From: a virus
DNA: 64,000 nucleotides
Reading direction: 5' to 3' (one strand)
IMG/VR virus record: IMGVR_UViG_3300045993_001028
The position numbers were made by a program, and so were the translations under genes. A model generated the notes under the pieces. That model saw only the letters and a list, made by a program, of their open reading frames with translations, searched no databases and had not been told where the DNA came from. Below are positions 17,190 to 25,541 of this stretch, piece after piece (the first letter of the stretch is position 1; the number at the start of each line of letters is the position of its first letter).

Positions 17190-17271
17190 CGCCCTCGGGG
17201 CCGCCCTCGATTCTACCTGGGGACGCTTCTCCGGAGTCGTCCAGGTTTCGTCGAGGGCGGGCCCGGGGGCG
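17190..17271. repeat. 82-nt intergenic extended stem-loop / imperfect inverted repeat
   Basis: 17190-17210 pairs with 17251-17271 (19/21 Watson-Crick); inner stem 17216-17225 with 17238-17245; contains minus-strand TAGAAT. Confidence 0.8.
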
Positions 17272-17871
17272 TTAGGCTAGCTTGCGCTTGAGGAACCCCT
17301 TCGCGTCGTCGAGGATCCCGGACTTGTAGGTGACGTAGAGCAGCGCGGCGATGCCGCCGGCCTTGAGCCAGAACCCGTAGTCGGTGCAGGCGCCGGCCTG
17401 GATGCAGGCGTCCTTCTCCTTCTGCATCTGGACGTCGGCGTAGGAGCGGATCGCGGTCGTGACGGCGAGCAGGAGCCCGCCGACGATGACGATCGGCCAG
17501 ACCCACGGCGAGCTCGCCGAGAAGATGCCGCCGGTCGCGGTGGGCGTGGCCGGTCCGCCCGCGATGGCGAGCTGCGCCAGCTTGACGGCGGCGTCGGGGT
17601 CGACGCCGACGTTGTCGGAGGGCAGCGTCGCGGCGGCGTCGGGGAACGAGGCCGCGAGGAGCACGCGAAGCTGCGAGGCCAGCTTCTGCTCGGTGTCACG
17701 CGCCGAGGCGATGACCGACTGCGCGTAGGCGAGCGGCTGCTTCGTCGGCACGGCGCCGGAGGCGATCTTGTCGTTCCGCTGGCGGTAGGTCAGCCAGGAC
17801 GACAGCGACCGCTTCATCTTGTCGAGCTCGTGCTGCGCCTTGGCGACGTCGGAGGTGCTGATGGCGGACAT
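17272..17871 (-). CDS. Membrane protein with two C-terminal TM segments
   Basis: 199 aa; WVWPIVIVGGLLLAV and FWLKAGGIAALLYV. Confidence 0.8.
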   Translation of the reverse strand: MSAISTSDVAKAQHELDKMKRSLSSWLTYRQRNDKIASGAVPTKQPLAYAQSVIASARDTEQKLASQLRVLLAASFPDAAATLPSDNVGVDPDAAVKLAQLAIAGGPATPTATGGIFSASSPWVWPIVIVGGLLLAVTTAIRSYADVQMQKEKDACIQAGACTDYGFWLKAGGIAALLYVTYKSGILDDAKGFLKRKLA

Positions 17872-17874
17872 GGA

Positions 17875-18294
17875 TCACCACTCCCTCATGGCGAGGTAGA
17901 CGCCGAGCGCGGCGGCGGCGAGGACGAGCGCCTTGGGGAGGCCGAGGACCGAGCCCTCGAGCAGCCCGCCGCCGCCGGGCAGGCCGCGGGCGTCGCCGAA
18001 CTGGCGGATCGTGGTCGTGACCTCGCCGAGGTTTGCCGCGACGAACGAGGCGGGCGCCGCGAGCGCCTTGGCAGCGCGGACGAGCATGCCCTGTTCGGCG
18101 GCGACCTGGGCACGCTGTGCGTAGATGTTCGCCGCGATGATCGCGAGCGTCGCATCGAAGGGGCCGGTCGCCGCGACCTCGGGCGAGAAGCGGCGCACCT
18201 GGGCCCGCAGCGCGTCGACCTCGGGGTTCGACGCGCTGTCGCCCAGGCTCGCGCAGCGGCGGCCGGACGCGCAGGCGTGGCAGCAGGCCGGCAT
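17875..18294 (-). CDS. Virion membrane protein (Cys-rich N-term, LGD, C-terminal TM)
   Basis: MPACCHAC..CASLGDSASNP...ALVLAAAALGVYLAMREW. Confidence 0.8.
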   Translation of the reverse strand: MPACCHACASGRRCASLGDSASNPEVDALRAQVRRFSPEVAATGPFDATLAIIAANIYAQRAQVAAEQGMLVRAAKALAAPASFVAANLGEVTTTIRQFGDARGLPGGGGLLEGSVLGLPKALVLAAAALGVYLAMREW

Positions 18295-18298
18295 GGCC

Positions 18299-18931
18299 TT
18301 AGAGGTTGACGATCCGGTAGCCGATGAGGTCGACGTGGAGCGTGCCCTGGGTCGGGATGACCGTGGCGGCGTTCCACGTCAGCTTGTTGTAGGTCGGCAG
18401 GAACTGGATCGCCGAGTTCGGCGACCACAGCGTCGGGCACGCGCACTTGAGGAGGTTGTCCGGGCGCGAGAAGATCGGGCCGCGGGGCGCGTTCTGGAAG
18501 TTGCGCTGGGCGCCGCCGTCCTGGAGCTCGTACATCAGGTCGATGATGTCGGTGCCGTCCTGCTGGGTCGGCAGCGGGAAGGTGGACACCGGGCGCCACC
18601 GCTCGTAGTTGTCGGCGTTGGTCGGCAGCGTCGCGCGCCAGAGGACCATCGGGTAGTGGGTCATGACGAACGGGCCGTCCTGGCTCACCTGGATGAGGAT
18701 CGGGTTGCCACGCTTGCCCTCGTCGGACGAGGTGAACGTGACCTCGCCGGAGAGGACCGTCTCGATGCGGCGACCGGGGATCGCGTCGATCTCCTCGGTG
18801 ACGGTGCGCGGGCGCCCGGCGAGCTGGGCGATGATCGCCTGCTGCTGCTGCACGACGCTCTGCAGCGCGGCGGTGCGGCGGTCGAGGACGGCGGTTGCGG
18901 CGAGGAGCTTCTGGATGTTGGCGTCGGCCAC
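18299..18931 (-). CDS. Putative single-jelly-roll capsid protein 2
   Basis: GTG18931 with GGGAG SD; N-terminal coiled segment then beta-rich DGPFVMTH..LQDGGAQRNFQNAP..PTLWSPNSAIQF..LHVDLIGYRI; fold inferred. Confidence 0.55.
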   Translation of the reverse strand: MADANIQKLLAATAVLDRRTAALQSVVQQQQAIIAQLAGRPRTVTEEIDAIPGRRIETVLSGEVTFTSSDEGKRGNPILIQVSQDGPFVMTHYPMVLWRATLPTNADNYERWRPVSTFPLPTQQDGTDIIDLMYELQDGGAQRNFQNAPRGPIFSRPDNLLKCACPTLWSPNSAIQFLPTYNKLTWNAATVIPTQGTLHVDLIGYRIVNL

Positions 18932-19064
18932 GGTGGTTCTCCCAGGTAGGGGTTCTCCGCTTGCGCGGGATCTCAGGTGGATGGTCAGGAGGTTCCTGAT
19001 CGGAGCAGCGACCCGCGAAAAGGTCGCTGCCCCTGTCAGGGGCACGCTTGCGCGTGCCGCCCGA
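18932..19064 (-). promoter_or_regulatory. Structured intergenic RNA (four hairpins, two GCAA tetraloops)
   Basis: Stems 19041-19058 (7 bp), 19005-19030 (9 bp), 18985-18999 (6 bp), 18957-18968 (4 bp). Confidence 0.7.
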
Positions 19065-19640
19065 CTACTGCACGTCGCGGGTCTGCAGACCGTCGAGGAG
19101 GAACTTGATCTCCTTCTCGTCGTCGGTCGCGCCGCTGTTCAGCCCGTCGAGGGCCGACACCGAGCCCATCGCGTAGAACGACGCCTGGACGGCGAAGTTC
19201 TGGCGAACCGGCACGATGATCGGGCGGGCCAGCTTGAGGATGGCCTCCTGCGACGGGGTGCCGTTGGAGAACACCGACGTGGTCGCGTCGAGGCCCCAGA
19301 CGCCGCCGCCGGCGGGGAAGTACCAGCTCGGGGCCTGGAACATCGGCTTCTCGCCGACGATCAGGGTCCAGTAGAGCTGGCTGGTGACGTGGACGTAGTT
19401 CGCCCGGCGGTTGGTGCCGTTGAAGTACAGCCACGCGCGGAGCGCGAGGATGACGTAGGTCTGGTCCGACGCGAGCTGACCGGCCACCTGGAGGTTGGTC
19501 AGGGCGAGGTTACCGACGTTGCTGTTGCCGAACAGGTTGGTGGTCGACTGCAGCGCGGTGGTCGGGTTGCCGGTGGTGTGGACGAGCGTGTCCCAGAAGG
19601 GCTGGTGGCGACGCTCACGGACGTTGGCGATACGGGGCAT
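19065..19640 (-). CDS. Putative single-jelly-roll major capsid protein
   Basis: 191 aa beta-rich; RHQPFWDTL..LF..TNLQVAGQL..YVILALR..PIIVPVRQNFAVQ..IKFLLDG; CAGGAG SD; structured UTRs; fold inferred. Confidence 0.6.
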   Translation of the reverse strand: MPRIANVRERRHQPFWDTLVHTTGNPTTALQSTTNLFGNSNVGNLALTNLQVAGQLASDQTYVILALRAWLYFNGTNRRANYVHVTSQLYWTLIVGEKPMFQAPSWYFPAGGGVWGLDATTSVFSNGTPSQEAILKLARPIIVPVRQNFAVQASFYAMGSVSALDGLNSGATDDEKEIKFLLDGLQTRDVQ

Positions 19641-19747
19641 CTGAATCTCCTGTGCGTTTGGTTGGCCTGCTGCGGAAGTGCAGCGCGTGGCCTGGCGGGT
19701 GGCTCCCGCCGTTGGCTAGGTCGAGGTGTAGGGTGCGAGCGGGTCCT

Positions 19748-19767
19748 CGAGCGGCCGGAGCCGCTCG
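19748..19767 (-). promoter_or_regulatory. Stable cUCCGg tetraloop hairpin in the capsid leader
   Basis: cgagcggc-TCCG-gccgctcg on the minus strand (8-bp stem); second 6-bp stem at 19694-19710. Confidence 0.7.
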
Positions 19768-19771
19768 TTCC

Positions 19772-20959
19772 CTAGAACCCGCCGCGGAAGACGCCGGCGT
19801 AGAGGCCGCCGGGCGAGTCGAACGCCGAGGTCGCGTCCTCGATCTCGCTCGTGAACGAGCGGTTCGGGATCTGCCCCGAGAAGGACATCGGGGGGACCGA
19901 CCGGACGAGGGCGCTCTGCGAGAGGCCGCCGGGGATCTCCCCGAGCTCCTGCGAGAGGCCGAGCTCCTGCGACATGCCGAGCTCCTGCTCGATCCCGTCC
20001 ATGCCCGTCGAGACGTAGTCCGACGTGGTCAGGTAGTCCGAGGTCTGGACGTAGTCGGACAGGGCGCGATCGTAGATCCCGCCCATGCCGATCGCCGTCT
20101 TGACGCTCGCCGGGGCGAAGGCCGAGATGACCTCGGTCAGGAGGTTGATGCCGAGGCCGAGCATGATCTCGTCCTGGTGGGCGCGGAGGAACGACACCTT
20201 GCTCGAGGCGATCTGCGCGCCGACGAGCAGCGCACCAGCGAGGACCGGCCCCTGGAACTGGCCCAGGCTCGACACCTGGGACACGTTCGAGACGATCTGC
20301 TTCTGGATCAGCTTGCCGACGAGGATCGACCCGAGGACCGGCAGCGCGCGCTTGATCAGCGCGAGGATGCCCGCCATCGACGGGTTCCGCTTGTAGCGAC
20401 GCCGCGCCTTGCGACGCGCCTTCGCGTGGGTGACGTGCCGGCCCTTGCGGACCCGGTACCGGCGCGCGGTACGGCCGATGCGACGGTGGTGCCGACGCTT
20501 GCGGGCGTGCCCGAGGCGAGCCGCGGCCTTCCGGCCGCGCCGACGCCGCTTGGCCGGGTTGTGCGTGAACGGCTTGCGCTTGGAGGCGCCGGCGGCGGCG
20601 CGAGCCGCCGAGTATCGCTTGCGCGAGGCGGTCGACGGGCGACGCGGGCCCTTCATGCTGTTGCCAGCCTCGAACGGGTGCGCCTTGCGGAAGCGGCGGC
20701 CCTTCCAGCCCTTCTTGGCCGCCCGGCGCCGACGCCGGCGGACCGCGCTCTTGCGCGCGACCTTCCGGCGCTTCACGCGCCGCTTCGGCGCGGCGAGCCG
20801 GCGGCGACGCCGCGCATGCCCCAGCTTTGCCGCGGTGCGGCGGCCACGTCGCTTCTTGTTCTTACGCTTCGCCATCGGGTTGCTCCTCAAAGTGCCGACG
20901 CGAGCGCGCCCTTTGGCACGCTTGCCGTGGCCGGCGGGGTTGACGTACATGATCGGCAT
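19772..20959 (-). CDS. Arg/Lys-rich core-like protein with NP-delimited segments and C-terminal membrane domain
   Basis: Start ATG20959; four NP motifs bracket very basic blocks; C-term (SDYxxT)3 and (QELG)3 repeats. Confidence 0.8.
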   Translation of the reverse strand: MPIMYVNPAGHGKRAKGRARVGTLRSNPMAKRKNKKRRGRRTAAKLGHARRRRRLAAPKRRVKRRKVARKSAVRRRRRRAAKKGWKGRRFRKAHPFEAGNSMKGPRRPSTASRKRYSAARAAAGASKRKPFTHNPAKRRRRGRKAAARLGHARKRRHHRRIGRTARRYRVRKGRHVTHAKARRKARRRYKRNPSMAGILALIKRALPVLGSILVGKLIQKQIVSNVSQVSSLGQFQGPVLAGALLVGAQIASSKVSFLRAHQDEIMLGLGINLLTEVISAFAPASVKTAIGMGGIYDRALSDYVQTSDYLTTSDYVSTGMDGIEQELGMSQELGLSQELGEIPGGLSQSALVRSVPPMSFSGQIPNRSFTSEIEDATSAFDSPGGLYAGVFRGGF

Positions 20960-20989
20960 GTGTGTGAACCCCACCCCGAGGTTCGCCCC

Positions 20990-21017
20990 AACTCCTGTCA
21001 AGCCCCTTGTAGGAGTT
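20990..21017 (-). promoter_or_regulatory. TTGACA -35 inside inverted repeat AACTCCT-N14-AGGAGTT
   Basis: Minus-strand TTGACA at 21001-20996; the hexamer 17 bp downstream is CGGGGT (poor -10). Confidence 0.5.
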
Positions 21018-21566
21018 TCAGCGAAGGGCGAGGAACGTCGCGGCGACCGACGCGATCGTCATCGCGGTCAAGATCGACACCACGGCAACCTGGCGTAACG
21101 CAAACGACGACCGCCTCGCGACCTGCGGCACCGGCCGATGGTGGTGCGGATCGGTGATCGTGAGGAGTGGCTGCGTTTGCTGGCGTTCGATCCGCTGCAT
21201 GAGCCCGCTCGTCTGCGTCTCGAGGTTCGAGACGCGGACGAGCAGCGACTGGTCGGTGCCCTCGAGGCCTCGGACCCGCGTCGAGAGGTCGGCCACCGCG
21301 ACGGTGAGGTTCGACTGGGCAACCTCCAGCTTCTTGACGTCGCCGCGGAGCTCGATCTGGTCGCGCTCGATGCGCCCGAGGCGCGGCGACACATCCTTCA
21401 CGAGCAGCTCGCGCGTGATCTTGGTGTCCTCGGCGACCAGCCGCATCAGCCGATGCAGCACGATCGGGTTGCCGTCGTCGAGGTCATCGCGTGTGACCGG
21501 CCTGTAGGCCACCGGCTGGTGGTCGACGGGCGTGAACTCGCCGGTGCGCGATCCCTCGTCGTTCAT
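21018..21566 (-). CDS. Coiled-coil protein with C-terminal TM
   Basis: Heptad region then VAVVSILTAMTIASVAATFLALR. Confidence 0.75.
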   Translation of the reverse strand: MNDEGSRTGEFTPVDHQPVAYRPVTRDDLDDGNPIVLHRLMRLVAEDTKITRELLVKDVSPRLGRIERDQIELRGDVKKLEVAQSNLTVAVADLSTRVRGLEGTDQSLLVRVSNLETQTSGLMQRIERQQTQPLLTITDPHHHRPVPQVARRSSFALRQVAVVSILTAMTIASVAATFLALR

Positions 21567-22021
21567 CGGAGATACCCGCCCAGGACCGCGCCGACGATCG
21601 CCGCGATGGCGACGCCGGCCGCCTTGATGATGAGGGGGAGGCGGTCGATCTTCTTGAGCCGCGCCTCGTGCTCCAGCTTCTCGTGGTCGAGCGCGGCCTG
21701 GCGCCGTGCCTCACGTTCGGCGCGGTCGGCAAGCGTCGCCTCGAGCAAGGTGTCGACCTTGCCGTCGAGCCCGGCCACGGCGATCCGCACGCTGGTGATC
21801 ACCTTGCCGTGCTCGTCCTGGCCGACCTCGAGCTTCGACAACCGGTGGTCAACGCTGCTGACCGCCGACGAGGCGTGCTTGGTCCGGCGCGCGATGACCT
21901 CGAGCAGCGGCTCGCCAGGGTGGGTCGCGGGCTCGCCCCAGTCGTCGTCCTTGACGGGGGCTGCGAGCTGCGCCGCGACGCCGGCCGGCGGCGTCTTAAC
22001 GTGGCGGATGTCGCGGCTCAC
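21563..22021 (-). CDS. Coiled-coil protein with C-terminal TM
   Basis: GTG22021 (GTGA overlap); IIKAAGVAIAAIVGAVLGGYLR. Confidence 0.75.
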   Translation of the reverse strand: MSRDIRHVKTPPAGVAAQLAAPVKDDDWGEPATHPGEPLLEVIARRTKHASSAVSSVDHRLSKLEVGQDEHGKVITSVRIAVAGLDGKVDTLLEATLADRAEREARRQAALDHEKLEHEARLKKIDRLPLIIKAAGVAIAAIVGAVLGGYLR

Positions 22022-22371
22022 GAGCAGCCACATCCGCCGGTCGCGACCGGCAGCACCGGGGCGACGCCGGGCGCGGCGACCGCGAACGGGGAGGCGCCCA
22101 TCACCGCGGCGACCTGGCCGACGAAGTTGACCGCGAGCGCGGTGGCGAGCGCGTAGCCGATGGACGGCGGCAGCTTCTCCTGGGCGAGGTAGCCGAGGCC
22201 GAGTAGCACGCCGGCGGCGACCGCGGGCTTCGCCGAACCGAGGAAGGCGAAGCGCGTGCAGCAGGTCGCGACCTTGTTGACGGCGGCGCGGCCAACGAGC
22301 AGCGCACCCGTGAAGTAGAGATAGTTCGCCAGCGGGGCGGGGTTGCGGCGGTAGCGGCGATGCTTCTTCAT
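22018..22371 (-). CDS. Membrane protein with N-terminal RRNP motif
   Basis: ATG22371: MKKHRRYRRNPAPL followed by hydrophobic segments. Confidence 0.8.
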   Translation of the reverse strand: MKKHRRYRRNPAPLANYLYFTGALLVGRAAVNKVATCCTRFAFLGSAKPAVAAGVLLGLGYLAQEKLPPSIGYALATALAVNFVGQVAAVMGASPFAVAAPGVAPVLPVATGGCGCS

Positions 22372-22859
22372 CCGACGATCCCTCTCGGTTCGACGCGCAG
22401 CTTGCCGCCCCACATCAGGGCGACCAGGGTGCGCTTGTTCTCGATGACCAGCAGGGTCTTGCCGTTTGTCGTGGTGTAGAGCTCGGGCAACTTGCCGGTG
22501 CCGGTGCCCTCGATCGTCTCGCCGTCGGGGTTCTCGAAGGTGAACCCGAGGCAGCCGCCGAGCAGCACGAGCGCGTCGATCTCGCGGATCCAGGCGGGGA
22601 CCTCGGTGCGCGCGCCGGCGCCCTCGAGCAGGTAGGTGCAGACGCCCGGGTCATGGTCATGGATGTAGTCGACTGGCTTCCGCGGACGCTTGAGCGTCTC
22701 GGGGTCCGTCTTGTCGCTGCGGTACATGACGTTGATCGACCGCCCCTGCTTCTTGGCGTGCGAGGGGATCGCGAACGACCGCTCGAACTCCCCGACCTTC
22801 CGCGGCTCGAACCGGTGGAAGGCCTTGTACATCGAGGCCGCGGGCTTCGGCGCGTTCAC
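22368..22859 (-). CDS. Hypothetical virion protein
   Basis: GTG22859 (GTGA overlap): YKAFHRFEP..YRSDK..YIHDH..PELY..MWGGKLRVEPRGIVG. Confidence 0.75.
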   Translation of the reverse strand: MNAPKPAASMYKAFHRFEPRKVGEFERSFAIPSHAKKQGRSINVMYRSDKTDPETLKRPRKPVDYIHDHDPGVCTYLLEGAGARTEVPAWIREIDALVLLGGCLGFTFENPDGETIEGTGTGKLPELYTTTNGKTLLVIENKRTLVALMWGGKLRVEPRGIVG

Positions 22860-23599
22860 GTCGTCTCCTTGATGCGCTTGTAGAGGTAGAACGCGAGCGC
22901 GCCGCCGGCGATCCACGGCAGGATCGTCGTGAGCATCGCCGCGGCATCGAGCGCGCCGCCGGCGACCTTGAGCAGCTTCTTGGTGCCGTCGTAGACCACG
23001 CCGACGATCGCCTCGAGCGCGGCCCACACGCCGGCGAGCACCGCGAGGAACCCGTTGACGGCGCGCGAGAACATGTCGACCTCGCAGTTGAGGGTGTACG
23101 CCGAGACGAGCGCGCTCGAGGCGGCGTTCATCGCGTTGAGCACCCACTGCTTGAGGCCCGGCATGTCGACCGTCGCGCCCGCAGCCGCCGCCTCGTCGGC
23201 CTTGCCGTTGTACGCGACCGCGTCGTTCATCTTGCGCGCGATGTCGTCGAGCGCCTGGTTCTTGGTGAAGGTCGCGTCGCTCGTGCTGTCCGGCGCCCGC
23301 TCGACCTGATCGACGGCGTAGTTGAGCAGGATCACGACCTGCTCGACGACCGCACGAAGCTGGTCGGGGCGGTAGTAGCCCGACGGGTGCCAACCGGCCG
23401 CGATCGTCGCGATCTGCTTGTCGAGGTTCGCGGTGTGCGCGTTGGCGGCGCTCACGCACGCCGCCGTGGCGCGGTCTGCCGCCGCGTTGATGATGCCCGA
23501 CCCGCCGGGCGTCACGAAGTCGATGAGCGAATCCATGAAGCCGGAGAGCGCCGGGCGAGGAGCCGGGCGGCGGTAGCGACGGGTCGGGTGATAGCTCAT
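22856..23599 (-). CDS. Helical virion membrane protein (MSY..ALSG, C-terminal TM)
   Basis: MSYHPTRRYRRPAPRPALSG...ILPWIAGGALAFYLYKRIK. Confidence 0.8.
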   Translation of the reverse strand: MSYHPTRRYRRPAPRPALSGFMDSLIDFVTPGGSGIINAAADRATAACVSAANAHTANLDKQIATIAAGWHPSGYYRPDQLRAVVEQVVILLNYAVDQVERAPDSTSDATFTKNQALDDIARKMNDAVAYNGKADEAAAAGATVDMPGLKQWVLNAMNAASSALVSAYTLNCEVDMFSRAVNGFLAVLAGVWAALEAIVGVVYDGTKKLLKVAGGALDAAAMLTTILPWIAGGALAFYLYKRIKETT

Positions 23600-23877
23600 C
23601 GGAACATCCTGTAGGCGAGGAGGGCGAGCGCGGCGTAGAGGATCAGGTTCGGGCCGCCGTCAGCGGCGCCCAGCGAGGCGATCTTGCCCTGCGGGAACTC
23701 GCCGCTGCCGACCTTGACGGCGCCGGCGGGGAGCGGCCATGCGGCCTGGTCTGGCGTCGCGCCGAGCTCGGACGCGCCGCGGGTCACCGGCGGGGCGCCG
23801 GCGTGCGTGGCAGACGTCGCGGGGCCACGGTAGTAGTCGTAGGCCCGCCGGGCGTTGTTCCAGACCGAGTACATCAT
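23596..23877 (-). CDS. Small virion membrane protein
   Basis: ATG23877: MMYSVW..ELGA..SLGA..LILYAALALLAYRMFR. Confidence 0.8.
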   Translation of the reverse strand: MMYSVWNNARRAYDYYRGPATSATHAGAPPVTRGASELGATPDQAAWPLPAGAVKVGSGEFPQGKIASLGAADGGPNLILYAALALLAYRMFR

Positions 23878-24509
23878 CGGCGGCGGTTCCGCTTCTGGTA
23901 CGCCTTCTTGCGGTTTCGGTACGCTCGGTTTGCCTTGGTCCACATCATCCGCCGGCGCATGGAGGCACGCCGACGCGCCGCAGCGAGCGCCTTGGCGTTC
24001 TTCCTGTGCCGGGGCTTCGACTTCCGAACCCCGCCAAGCCCAAGCGCCCGGTGGCGCGGGACGTAGTTGCGCTTCGACCGCTTGAAGCCGACCGGCGTCT
24101 TGGGCCCGTAGCGCCGCGCGACCTTCGACCGCTTCTTCATCTTCCGCTTGGCCTTCACCTTCCGCCGCCGGGCTGGGTTCGGCACGAGCCCGGTGCCGAA
24201 GCCACCGAACATCGGGCCGCCCGGCGCCTGGCCGAAGCCCTGGGCGAAGGCGAGCGCGGGCGTCCAGAGCGGCGCGACGCGGGCCGCGAGGCCCCAGATC
24301 ACGCCCCAGACGATGGACCCGCGGTGCCGCCGCACGCCGTGGTAGGCGCACGCCAGCGTCGACGCCGTGCGCAGCATCATCGGCCCGTCGATGACGGTGC
24401 CGATGGTGGTGTCGGTGGCGATGCCGTCGCCGAGCTGGTACGGGTTGATGTACTCGGGGGCGCCGGGGCGCGGGATCTCGGAGCTGCCAGCAGTCAGGTA
24501 GTCGCTCAT
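23874..24509 (-). CDS. Membrane protein with Arg/Lys-rich tail after a PNP motif
   Basis: YQLGDG, two hydrophobic segments, GLVPNPARRRK then about 65 highly basic residues. Confidence 0.8.
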   Translation of the reverse strand: MSDYLTAGSSEIPRPGAPEYINPYQLGDGIATDTTIGTVIDGPMMLRTASTLACAYHGVRRHRGSIVWGVIWGLAARVAPLWTPALAFAQGFGQAPGGPMFGGFGTGLVPNPARRRKVKAKRKMKKRSKVARRYGPKTPVGFKRSKRNYVPRHRALGLGGVRKSKPRHRKNAKALAAARRRASMRRRMMWTKANRAYRNRKKAYQKRNRRR

Positions 24510-24516
24510 CGGGTCC

Positions 24517-25098
24517 TCACTTCTTGGTCGCGTAGTAGATCCCCGCGATGGCGGCGGCGCCGAGCAGGAGGATCGAGGTGGTGGAGAGGTTCTTGACGAC
24601 GTCGAAGATCGAGCCGCCGATCTGCGTCTTGGCCTGCTCGTGCGGGACGATCGTCTGCGCGGCCAGCGACGGACCGAAGGACGGCGGCTTGACCGACTTC
24701 GGGTAGTCGATCACGGACGACACCCCGACCTTGTCCGCGATGGCCTGCGCGTCGACGGCGTAGTTCGCCGCCATCTCGGCGACGGACGCCGGGTCGCCGC
24801 CGCCGGAACCGTTCAGCAGCGTGCTGCACATCGCCGCCGTCTGCGGGCCGATGGTGCCGTCGACGGTGATCGGCGACGGCGGCGTCACCGACGCCATCCC
24901 CATCCGCGACCGAACGACGTCGCCGGCCCGCAGCGCGAAGGCGACGCGGTCGAGCTGGTACTGGAGCGAGTAGAAGGCGTCGAGCGTCGCGCGGTCGTTC
25001 GGGACCGCGACGCTGCCCTCCATGTGGTAGTTGATCGTGACGTCCGCCGAGACGGCGCCGGGGGCGGCGCCGAGGCTGTTGCTGCGCAGGTAGCTCAT
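24517..25098 (-). CDS. Virion membrane protein (MSY..LGA, C-terminal TM)
   Basis: ATG25098: MSYLRSNSLGA...ILLLGAAAIAGIYYATKK; DGTIGPQT resembles a peptidoglycan-binding motif. Confidence 0.8.
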   Translation of the reverse strand: MSYLRSNSLGAAPGAVSADVTINYHMEGSVAVPNDRATLDAFYSLQYQLDRVAFALRAGDVVRSRMGMASVTPPSPITVDGTIGPQTAAMCSTLLNGSGGGDPASVAEMAANYAVDAQAIADKVGVSSVIDYPKSVKPPSFGPSLAAQTIVPHEQAKTQIGGSIFDVVKNLSTTSILLLGAAAIAGIYYATKK

Positions 25099-25108
25099 CG
25101 GGATCCTT

Positions 25109-25537
25109 TCACTTCTTGTGGACGAGGAAGTAGTACGCGAGCCCGGCCGCGATGACCGTGCCGAAGCCGCCGGGGATCGACGGCAGGTCAGGGAGGAAGC
25201 CGAGGTCGAGGTTCGCGGACACCGCGAGCGACCGCTTCTTCGCCGCGGCGACGGCCGCCGAGGCGATCGTGTGCCAGTCAAGCTGGTTCCAGGCCGAACC
25301 GAGCAGCCGCACGAGGGCGCGAGCGGTCGGGACGTCGACCTGGCCGGTGATGGCGACGTTGGTGGCGCCCGCGTCGATGAGGGCCTGTTGGAGGTGGCGC
25401 GTCAGCATGATGACCGGCGACATGGCGGGGTCGGTCTGGGCCGGCGAGACGAACATGATCTTGACGACCAGGCCGGCGACGGCGTCGCCCATGCCGAGGC
25501 GCAGGAGGATCTGGCGGGCGTTGTTCTCGGTGGACAT
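25109..25537 (-). CDS. Virion membrane protein, possible peptidoglycan-binding-like domain
   Basis: RLGMGD..LQQAL..ITGQVDVPTARAL..VIAAGLAYYFLVHKK. Confidence 0.75.
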   Translation of the reverse strand: MSTENNARQILLRLGMGDAVAGLVVKIMFVSPAQTDPAMSPVIMLTRHLQQALIDAGATNVAITGQVDVPTARALVRLLGSAWNQLDWHTIASAAVAAAKKRSLAVSANLDLGFLPDLPSIPGGFGTVIAAGLAYYFLVHKK

Positions 25538-25541
25538 GGGG

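Noticed and set aside
22368-22859. TNGKT as Walker A of a packaging ATPase
   Set aside because: No G/A at the required upstream position, no Walker B, and the protein is only 163 aa
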